Program-made: the position numbers and the translations under genes
DNA from: a virus
Length of the DNA stretch: 64,000 nt
Virus record (IMG/VR): IMGVR_UViG_3300025098_000014
Strand: one strand, 5' to 3'
Part shown: positions 8,979 through 16,900 of the stretch, one piece after another
How the letters are laid out: each line of letters opens with the position of its first letter
Numbering within the stretch: position 1 is the stretch's first letter
Notes under the pieces: generated by a model
Seen by the model: only the letters and a program-made list of their open reading frames with translations
The model's database searches: none
Told to the model about the DNA's origin: nothing

Positions 8979-9656
8979 TTAGAGATCGATAAGATTGTCT
9001 GCATCAACATGCCGAATTATATCCTCCGTATTATAAACGATATCAAAGGCAATTGTAATCCTCGGTTCATCATGTTCATGTTTACTTGTACCATGAACTA
9101 ACCATGTTGGGAATAAAGTTATCTCACCTGGGATATTTTGCATCACAATTTCTTCATCGGCACTATTAATATAAGGTGGATAATAAATTGTAGCGGTATC
9201 TTCAGCTTTCACACAAAAGTGACCACTGAGATATGTATGAGGATGTATAGAGTGATTATGATTAGCAATCTTTTCTCCCTTCCTGAGAACATTTGCCCAA
9301 CACCTAACTTTCATTTTCGGCGGTGTATATTCAGGAGCAACATTAGTATGATAGATCTCATGAAATTCTGCAATTTCATCCAACAACTTTTTACACTCAG
9401 GATGATCCCATTTTAATACATTGAAGTATTTAAATCTAGCTGTAAGACTATCATCCCCTAGACTAGTCATTCCATCACTAAGATCCTCTTTATACTCAGA
9501 TATAATCTCCTTTTCTTTTACTAAGATATACTCAGCAAGAGATTCTAAATCAATATCTGATGTTGTTTGAGCAATCGTATAGTCCCAAACAGGAGCAAAT
9601 GGTGTGAAAGGAGGTTCGCATACAAACCTAGTCGCTTTAATTGAGCTCATGACCAA
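8979..9656 (-). CDS. 2OG-Fe(II) oxygenase (TIGR02466-like)
   Basis: WAN......HNH, LSGHF, LFPTWLVHG, RITIAFD. Confidence 0.85.
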   Translation of the reverse strand: MVMSSIKATRFVCEPPFTPFAPVWDYTIAQTTSDIDLESLAEYILVKEKEIISEYKEDLSDGMTSLGDDSLTARFKYFNVLKWDHPECKKLLDEIAEFHEIYHTNVAPEYTPPKMKVRCWANVLRKGEKIANHNHSIHPHTYLSGHFCVKAEDTATIYYPPYINSADEEIVMQNIPGEITLFPTWLVHGTSKHEHDEPRITIAFDIVYNTEDIIRHVDADNLIDL

Positions 9657-10285
9657 TTAAGTGCCTTACCTACGGTAGGGTACTGTTCGCAGAAAATGCT
9701 CTTAGCCTGAACTGCGATATCCATGTGCTCTTTCTGAGTGCCATGAGCACTTCTAAGATCGATATAATGGACCCATGAGCGACATGAGCCTGTCATGTAG
9801 ATTTTTGTGGGAGTTGCTAAGGGAAGCACCATTCTAGCGCACTCCTTGGCGATTCCAGCGTCTAGCATGGTCTGATATAGATCCATACCTTCAGTAAAGT
9901 ATTTCTGTATAGCAATCTCAAAAGTTTGCTTTTTGAATGCATCAACATTATCAAGACTATTTTGACGATTCTTATAATCTTGACCACGCAATTCGGGAAT
10001 AGGAATACTACTAGATAACATAGAACTGTCAGCATACCGTTGAGAAAACTCTTGGAATGTGAAACTCCTATGACGAAGCACTTGAGCTGCGATTGCCCTA
10101 GAAGTTTCAATTTCTAAAGTCATGTATGCTTGCTCAAACACAGACCAATGTCCATGATTAATGCAATACTTCAAGAGACCTTCAAAGCTAGGATTATCCT
10201 GATTATTAGGATTTGAAACCCTTGCTATGTACGCCATCGTCTCCTCTGGATTCGGAGTCGATTGAACTAGTCTCACTTTTTCCAT
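9647..10285 (-). CDS. thyX: Flavin-dependent thymidylate synthase
   Basis: GHWSVFEQ, RHRSFTFQEFSQRY (ThyX motif), ECARMVLP, R....TQKEH. Confidence 0.96.
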   Translation of the reverse strand: MEKVRLVQSTPNPEETMAYIARVSNPNNQDNPSFEGLLKYCINHGHWSVFEQAYMTLEIETSRAIAAQVLRHRSFTFQEFSQRYADSSMLSSSIPIPELRGQDYKNRQNSLDNVDAFKKQTFEIAIQKYFTEGMDLYQTMLDAGIAKECARMVLPLATPTKIYMTGSCRSWVHYIDLRSAHGTQKEHMDIAVQAKSIFCEQYPTVGKALNWS

Positions 10286-10427
10286 GATTTCCTTTCAGTT
10301 GTTTTAATTTTAAACCTTTTTTAGCAACTTTCTTTGCTTTCTTCATATACAAAAGTTCCTCTTCAGTATATAACCAAGGATTCTTAAGAGCTTCCTTGGT
10401 TAACCGAATTGTATCCTTCATCCGCAT
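10206..10427 (-). CDS. Small basic hypothetical protein
   Basis: ALKNPWLYTEEEL.YMK; the 3' end overlaps the thyX start. Confidence 0.55.
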   Translation of the reverse strand: MRMKDTIRLTKEALKNPWLYTEEELLYMKKAKKVAKKGLKLKQLKGNHGKSETSSIDSESRGDDGVHSKGFKS

Positions 10428-10656
10428 AATAGACCTCGTAATACTTGATAATTCCGTGGGTGATCATATTACCTTGTGACACCCAATCATGGGCACACTC
10501 ATAAATGGACCTGTTACTATATTTAGGTTGACCACTGGGATCTAACTCCCTTCCAAATCTTTCAAGTAGAGTGTTGAGAGCACTAGCCCTCACTTGCATC
10601 TTATCTGGCGTATACCGCCAATCAGTCGGGATATCCGTCATCGTCTCCATCAGCAA
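10384..10656 (-). CDS. Hypothetical protein
   Basis: DWRY...RA.AL...IYECAHDWV; packed within the operon. Confidence 0.65.
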   Translation of the reverse strand: MLMETMTDIPTDWRYTPDKMQVRASALNTLLERFGRELDPSGQPKYSNRSIYECAHDWVSQGNMITHGIIKYYEVYYADEGYNSVNQGSS

Positions 10657-10792
10657 AGTACTCTACTGGATCATCAAGATTTTCTCGCGTATCTTGTTGA
10701 TATGCTTCTTTATTGGAAAATACTTCAGATTCCAATTCCTGAACGAGGGCTTTCATGGTTAAGACTAGACCCTTTAAAACTTGTCTATCCAT
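10622..10792 (-). CDS. Small acidic hypothetical protein (56 aa)
   Basis: MDRQVLK...ELESEVFS...DDDDGYPD; start moved to ATG 10792, downstream of the promoter. Confidence 0.65.
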   Translation of the reverse strand: MDRQVLKGLVLTMKALVQELESEVFSNKEAYQQDTRENLDDPVEYFADGDDDGYPD

Positions 10793-10813
10793 CAGAATAA
10801 TAAGGTTTTGTCT

Positions 10814-10853
10814 ATTATACACAAAAAAGGGGTCCCCGTCAAGGAACCCCTTT
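10814..10853 (-). promoter_or_regulatory. Intrinsic terminator fused with a sigma70 promoter (TTGACG-17-TATAAT)
   Basis: Hairpin AAAGGGGTTCC-TTGACG-GGGACCCCTTTTTT; -35 at 10837-10842 lies in the loop, -10 at 10814-10819. Confidence 0.75.
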
Positions 10854-10869
10854 ATCTATGTAAGCGTGA

Positions 10870-11037
10870 TCACTTGCTATAAGTTCTACCGCGATAGCAG
10901 AAAGTCCCGTGAGACTCTTTACTTTCTACACAACGGGTAGAATACTCAACACCACGATATGAAGTGTGGGTAATCTGTGCGTCATGCAAAGCAGATGCTT
11001 TTTGAATCTGCTTGCGAATGAGATTAAGTGTGTTCAT
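10870..11037 (-). CDS. DUF4278-like small protein downstream of the glutamine riboswitch (55 aa)
   Basis: MNTLNLIRKQI..., two YRG motifs (SYRGVEY, CYRGRTY); Shine-Dalgarno AGGAG 7 nt before the ATG. Confidence 0.75.
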   Translation of the reverse strand: MNTLNLIRKQIQKASALHDAQITHTSYRGVEYSTRCVESKESHGTFCYRGRTYSK

Positions 11038-11069
11038 GTTGTTACTCCTGAAGTTAGGGTGGTTTAATC

Positions 11070-11303
11070 CCCGTTCCTTCAGTCGTTTGCGTCCCAATAC
11101 CACTGACATTCTGGTGCTGAGTCCTTAAGGGTCTCAACTAACTCAACCTTAAGTGAATTACTAAGGTTAGTATTGTTCTCAATCTTCAACATAATAGCAT
11201 CAGTTTGAGTGCAACTGAGTGTTGTATAGAATAACAGTTCTAGCATGGGATGAACGGCTCCGTTCCGCGACTTACTTGCGTCCCACAGAGTGGGATGAAC
11301 GAC
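11070..11303 (-). ncRNA. Double glutamine-type riboswitch (glnA / Downstream-peptide family)
   Basis: Two CGUUCAUCCC...GGGACGCAA...GGAACG units, an AGUA/GAA E-loop-like motif and AGUCG/CGACU pairing, upstream of a DUF4278-like gene. Confidence 0.8.
11079..11246 (-). CDS. 55-aa ORF nested inside the riboswitch
   Basis: MLELLFYTTLSCTQTDAIMLKIENNTNLSNSLKVELVETLKDSAPECQWYWDAND*; below the ORF-track cutoff. Confidence 0.65.
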   Translation of the reverse strand: MLELLFYTTLSCTQTDAIMLKIENNTNLSNSLKVELVETLKDSAPECQWYWDAND

Positions 11304-11338
11304 AGGTCTATTATAGACCTCATACTGTATTTAGTCAA
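11304..11338 (-). promoter_or_regulatory. Sigma70 promoter TTGACT-17-TATAAT with an inverted repeat over the -10
   Basis: -35 at 11333-11338, -10 at 11310-11315; AGGTCTA-TAA-TAGACCT at 11304-11320. Confidence 0.8.
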
Positions 11339-11348
11339 CCCTATAGAG

Positions 11349-11402
11349 CAAAAAAAACCCGGAGATTTTTTCCCCGGATTCTTGAAATTAAAAGTTGAAT
11401 TA
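11349..11402 (-). terminator. Intrinsic terminator (repeat element copy 1)
   Basis: CCGGGGAAAAAATCTCCGGG followed by T8. Confidence 0.7.
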
Positions 11403-11696
11403 CTTTTTGGATTCTTTAACCTTACTTTTGTACCCATACATTTTTGGATTGATTCTACCCTCAGTTTGAATCCACCCCTTAAATCCTTTTTTATACTTAT
11501 CGTAATAAAAATCAAAAAGATCTACTTGCTTATAAGCTGAGGAAATATCATATTTTTTATTTCCCTCTGAATCATAGTATTCCACTAAAAAAGCAGAATT
11601 TGGCAAACTTTTATCATTTGCCAATTCAGGATCACAATCCTCATGTAGGATACTTACTCTGTCATTGCTCAATTTACTCAACGCCGTCCACCCCAC
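11400..11696 (-). CDS. Conserved cyanophage hypothetical protein
   Basis: ILHEDCDP..A.D.SLP..AFLV.Y, FDFYYDKY, GRINPK; start uncertain. Confidence 0.65.
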   Translation of the reverse strand: MGWTALSKLSNDRVSILHEDCDPELANDKSLPNSAFLVEYYDSEGNKKYDISSAYKQVDLFDFYYDKYKKGFKGWIQTEGRINPKMYGYKSKVKESKK

Positions 11697-12130
11697 TCAA
11701 CATCTGGATAAGCCTCTTTTACTACATTATGAGTAATGCGGTATTTTTTACTCAGATTCTTATCCTTAACCAGACAGACAATTTCTGCCTCATCAGGGTG
11801 CAGAGACTCTAACAACTCAATGAATAGAGACTCTCTACGAGTACGCTTAAGACTATCGTTACCACCCTTTACATAGTTATAGAGGGTTCTATACGAACTA
11901 GCTAACTTACTTTGACTATCTACAGTAGGAGATTCATTTGGTTTGTATGGGACTTCACCGTCAGGAATAGCACTTTCAATACTCTCATCGAAATTCCACA
12001 CAAAAAGGGATACTAGTGCTGGAGATCTATGCTCCTTAAGCAAATTAATTTTTGCTGATTTTGTTTTAGCACTAGATACCGCTTGCAAAATTTCAGATTG
12101 GAGCGGATGTGGAGGTAATTTTGTGGCCAT
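11678..12130 (-). CDS. Conserved T4-like hypothetical protein (DUF6433-like)
   Basis: PDGEVPY, RRESLFIELLESLHPDEAE, VKEAYP. Confidence 0.75.
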   Translation of the reverse strand: MATKLPPHPLQSEILQAVSSAKTKSAKINLLKEHRSPALVSLFVWNFDESIESAIPDGEVPYKPNESPTVDSQSKLASSYRTLYNYVKGGNDSLKRTRRESLFIELLESLHPDEAEIVCLVKDKNLSKKYRITHNVVKEAYPDVEWGGRR

Positions 12131-12146
12131 AATTTTAAATTAATAA

Positions 12147-12368
12147 TTAGTCTTCGTCTTCTTCGTTCTCGTTGAAGCGAAAAGCGATTAGTGAATCGGG
12201 GAGGACATTGCCATATTCATCGTACATTTCTGGATGAAGGACTTGCTGTTGCTCTGGACGATCATGATTATACATCATATACTCTCTAAGTACCCATCCT
12301 AACATACAACCAACGATTAAAGCACCTAGGACTAAGAATGATCCTACGACTAAACTGACTGCTAGCAT
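12147..12368 (-). CDS. Small membrane protein
   Basis: N-terminal TM segment; HPEMYDEYGN...IAFRF. Confidence 0.65.
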   Translation of the reverse strand: MLAVSLVVGSFLVLGALIVGCMLGWVLREYMMYNHDRPEQQQVLHPEMYDEYGNVLPDSLIAFRFNENEEDED

Positions 12369-12372
12369 TTTC

Positions 12373-12570
12373 CTATTCTCCTTTTGGAATATCTTTTTTG
12401 ATATCCAGATTAATTTCTAGATAAAAATGGAATTCTCTCTTAAAAAACCGGATCATATTTCCAAAAATTACTTGGAAAGTTTTCGGTTTTTCTTTCTCTT
12501 TTCCTCCGCTGAGAATAAATTCAATCCCACGATTTGGGTTGATATCATTATTTAGTTCTGGTTCAGACAA
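12373..12570 (-). CDS. Hypothetical protein
   Basis: Packed in the operon between the glutaredoxin and the membrane protein. Confidence 0.55.
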   Translation of the reverse strand: MSEPELNNDINPNRGIEFILSGGKEKEKPKTFQVIFGNMIRFFKREFHFYLEINLDIKKDIPKGE

Positions 12571-12793
12571 GATTCTGCTCTTTAAAATACCTCACTGTGT
12601 CGGCAGCTCCTCCAACAACTGTATCATTGTGGACTACCTGAGGAAAGTACTGGGTCTTGAATTCGTTTTCAAATTCTTCAATAGTAAAATCTTGATTCAG
12701 AGTGTAAACCACATGCTTTTGCTCTGTGATTTCCATGAGCTGTTTTACCTGACGGCAGTGTCCGCAACCAGGCATTGAGTAGATTGTAAACAT
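12563..12793 (-). CDS. Glutaredoxin (NrdC-like)
   Basis: CGHC active site, FPQV, VGG. Confidence 0.9.
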   Translation of the reverse strand: MFTIYSMPGCGHCRQVKQLMEITEQKHVVYTLNQDFTIEEFENEFKTQYFPQVVHNDTVVGGAADTVRYFKEQNLV

Positions 12794-12829
12794 AATCGAT
12801 TTCTACCTACAAATAGATTTATAAAAAAA

Positions 12830-13384
12830 TTAAATTGCCCTACTATATCCCCGAAGCTGTGGGGAAACATGATCAATATTTGCAGAAATAACTATTCTTC
12901 TTCCCTCATGATCATCAGGAACCCAATGGGGTAAACTAGCGTCAAACGCTAAAACTAGTCCATTTTCTACAGATCTACATGTGTTTCCAAAACAAATAGG
13001 TGCAGAGTTTTCCTCCACATCAATATAAAAAACCAAAGACAACGCTGAGGGAAAGTGACTATGAAATTTTGTCCCTTCATTTGGACCATAATCCATAGCC
13101 CATAGATTAATTACCTCATATATGCCGTTAGTAGAAAAATATTGTTTGCCAATAGAGTTTGCAACCCCTTCAAAGTAATTTACAATTGGAGAAAATCTAG
13201 AATCAACCTCATGAAGATTCCAAGCAGATCTCCAGTTAGCATTGACATTGCTGTCCTTACATGTGTCTGGATTTTCTTTTTTATGATCAAGAATAATTTG
13301 CTTGAACTCATCCAACCTTTCAGTCCATTTAGACTCAAAAATTGGCATTTCAACCTGAACTTTTGACAGTGTTATGGCAGACAT
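12830..13384 (-). CDS. 2OG-Fe(II) oxygenase
   Basis: WAM......HSH, FYID, PHWV, RIVISAN. Confidence 0.8.
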   Translation of the reverse strand: MSAITLSKVQVEMPIFESKWTERLDEFKQIILDHKKENPDTCKDSNVNANWRSAWNLHEVDSRFSPIVNYFEGVANSIGKQYFSTNGIYEVINLWAMDYGPNEGTKFHSHFPSALSLVFYIDVEENSAPICFGNTCRSVENGLVLAFDASLPHWVPDDHEGRRIVISANIDHVSPQLRGYSRAI

Positions 13385-13944
13385 ACTTTATCGATATTCA
13401 TGGCGATTGCTATTCTTCTCCCCTTAGTTGGTGGAACAAGATGTGTAAGTAGTCCAGGGAATAAGACCATCATACCATTTTTAACATGCACTTCCTTGTC
13501 TTCTAAAAAGATAGGAGCAACATCTTCTTCAACATCTATGTAGTAGACGCATGACCATGCTGCAGAAAGGTGATCATGGGGAAGAGCTTGGTCACCCTTT
13601 TCCATGACAACTGCCCATAAGGACACCACTTTATAATCTGCATGAGTGTCAAAGACATGCTTCATGATGTATTTTAGCACATGCAAAGCATAATCGCCAA
13701 CAGGGAGAAATCTTTCGTCAGTTTCGCATGTGTCCCATTTGGTCAACCAGGCTTTAACAGAATGGCCTGCTGTCTCGTTAGTATCCAGATACTCTGGATC
13801 TTTCTCTCTTTTTTCTAAAATTATATCTTTGAATTTATTAAATTCTTCAGGACCATCTTCAATGACGAAGGTGGGCAGCTGACTGACCACCTTGTCGTAA
13901 TGAATAGTCTTAGATGTAGGTCCGTTCTCCATCCTGTCCACCAA
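13372..13944 (-). CDS. 2OG-Fe(II) oxygenase, paralogue of the preceding gene
   Basis: WAV......HDH, YYID, FPG.LTH.V, RIAIAMN; start uncertain. Confidence 0.8.
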   Translation of the reverse strand: MVDRMENGPTSKTIHYDKVVSQLPTFVIEDGPEEFNKFKDIILEKREKDPEYLDTNETAGHSVKAWLTKWDTCETDERFLPVGDYALHVLKYIMKHVFDTHADYKVVSLWAVVMEKGDQALPHDHLSAAWSCVYYIDVEEDVAPIFLEDKEVHVKNGMMVLFPGLLTHLVPPTKGRRIAIAMNIDKVCLP

Positions 13945-16900
13945 GCGTCATGATACTGAGTTCGCCCAAGTCTTCAAGGGCAGGGATTCCATTATACACC
14001 CTAACGGTATATCCGTTAACTGTTCTGTCAGAAATTCGTAAATTAACGATACCACCTGGGAAAGCATTTGTACCACTTGCGATACCAATGACAGCATAGT
14101 CAGTATCATTCATTGCATCAGCAAAGTTCACAGTGTATGTTCCTGTTGCAGTTTGTAAAATAGAACTTACATTGTGTGAACGATCTCCAGGGACATAATC
14201 ACTATTACCAACGCCCAGATTGCTGTTCATGTACCAGGAGGTAGCACGACCCTCATAGAACTGGGTGTAAGTAGCAGTCTTGAGACCTACAAGGTTCTTA
14301 AACTCCCCAACTCTGCTGACCTTATGGAAATCATTATTGAACACTTGGATGGAGTTACCCATGTTTCCAAATTGTGTTCCAACACCAGCACCATAGTAAA
14401 GTTGCTGTGGAGTGTTCTCGTCAATGAGAATTTCAGTATAAGTTCCAGTCTCAGTTACATTATCAGAGAACTGGTTCGGAGTTGTTGTACCAAATCCTAC
14501 TGCAGAACCATCTGGAGCATAGTAGAACCTGATCGGATAGTTTGCCTGCTGTGCTGCATTGGTAAAGCGATAGGTTTGACCTACTTCAAATCTCAGATAA
14601 GGTGATTCATAACCCTGAACATTGATAGAACGATCGGATCCAATACCAAAGTATCTGTGATCTGCTGTCTTTGTACCAATAGTAGTAGGTAGAGGCTTGA
14701 ATGTACCCTCAAACTCCGTGTAAAGGTTCTTAGCGGTGTCTGCAGCACCCGTTAAGGTGGAGAAACTAGAACTATTAGCAAAGAGTGCATTGTTTGCCTG
14801 AGAGGCGAGTCCAGCGAGCGTAGCGTAGGTAGCAATGCCAGCAATGATTGCTTCAGACGCAATGCCTGCAAGTGTAGCACGAGGTGCCTCGTTAATCGTT
14901 ACTGTAACGATACCAGCAGAGACTGGACTTACATCAAGACCAGCATTAAAGTTAACCGTTCCTGCTGTACCAACTGCGGATCCAGAATCTTGAACGATGA
15001 CACCAGAACCAGAAGCAACAATATTAGTTAACTGAGATCCGTCACCGATGAATCTCGGTGCAGTGATGTCATTACTAGATGTGATTGTAGCAGCAGAGTC
15101 TAATTGAGAAGCTGTTACTGCAGTTAATGCACTGTCAGCAGTAGTTGCCGAGGTTGCTGTAGTTGCTTGAGTAGCAATTCCGGCAACAGTTGCAAAGTCT
15201 GCTTGAGTTGCTTTCGGAACAGAAACACCAGCAGCAAGACTATTAGCAGTTTGTGCAATACTTACAGTATCCGCAGCAGTAATAGTGACAATACCAGCAG
15301 AGATAGGAGATACTGTCAGGTTTTGAGCGAAGTTAATAGTAGCAGCAGTGCCAACAGGACTATCATTGTCCTTAATAATAACACCTGCACCAACACCAGT
15401 TACACCAGTGATGCCGGAACCGTCACCAAAGAACGAATTTGCAGTGATATTACCAGTAGTATTAACATTAATATTTGTACCAATACCAGAAGGACCAGGA
15501 TCCTGAGGTACAGAGTGAGCAACAAATGTTAGGTTGGGTCTAGAACCACGAACAATTAGACTCTGACCTTTAGCAAGAGCAAGGTTATCAATCTGAACAT
15601 CTTGTAGAGGAGCCAGTCTTAGACCAAATACTAAGTAGTCAGACTCTTGGAACTCAGCGATACCGCCAGATGACAGACCGACTGACATACCAACAGTAGA
15701 ATCAGAGTTCTGGTTTGTAGCGTGAACTGTGACTAGACTATCTTCTTGTGCTGTAAAAAACTCAAGGTTAGTATTGATCTGGAAAGGAGGTTTAAATCCA
15801 AGAGTACCAGATCTTCTTCTGCCATGAACCAGAGCAGAGTCAGGACCTAACTTATCAAACTTTCTAGTAGCAAAGGCAAGGAAAGAGATGTTAGGGTCGA
15901 AAGAAGATACGAAAATTTTATCTCCAGGTTTAATACCAACTTTCTCAATCAGTCTCGTACCACCTCTTTCTAGAGGAATACCATAAGTGATAAAGTCACT
16001 CTGCTTAAATCCTGGTGTACTAGAGATACCAATAGAGAATGTAGAGCGGAAGTCATTCTGGTTTGCAACACTGATACTAACCTCAAGGAGGTTATCTGAC
16101 TCATACAACTGAACGGGCTCAACAACACCATTCGTCAGTGTTGTTTTAATAGAAGCAAGTCTACCTACCTCGGCAAGAGCGGCACCAGGAGTGGTGAATG
16201 TGACGACTGCTGAGAAAGGAGATGCATGTGCAACACCAGATGTGCCATCAGCATTAGATAGATGACGACATCTTACATAGAAAGTATGACTAGAGTTAAG
16301 TCCATCAGGAATTATTTGAGATAGAGAAGTATTATTATCACCAACACTAGTAAATACTATGGTAGTAAATCCACTATCTTCAGCAACTTCAAATTCAACT
16401 GCTTTTAAAGTACCAGATACTGCTTCACTATCAATAGAAACAAATGCACTGGATACAAGAGCAATACCAAATCTCTGATTTAGAGTAGTTCCACTAATAG
16501 GTGATGTAATAGTAGGTGCTTGAACACCAGGAGCATTACCTAAGGTAGAGAATGAAACAATACCTACAGAATAATCAGATGTATAAGAAGTGAATGCGGT
16601 GCCATCATCGTTAGATAAATGTCTGACACGGGCATAGTGTGTAGTGAAACCTGCTAACTGAACATCAACTGTTTGAATTACATTAGTATCATTATCTCCA
16701 GTAGATTCCCAAACAATAGAACTAAAGTCAGATGCGACTGAGAGTTGCATCTCAATTGCTTTTAGAGTACCAGATACGGTAGTGTCTCCAATAGCAACAT
16801 ATTGACTAGATCTTAATTGTAGTCCTTCAGTACTAATACCAATATCATTATTAACTGGAGATTCAACAGAGGGTTCTGTAATACCACCAAATTCTGTTAA

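Noticed and set aside
11240-11540. ORF-track entries 11240-11515 (-) and 11250-11540 (+)
   Set aside because: They cross a terminator, a promoter and the riboswitch, and overlap a better gene.
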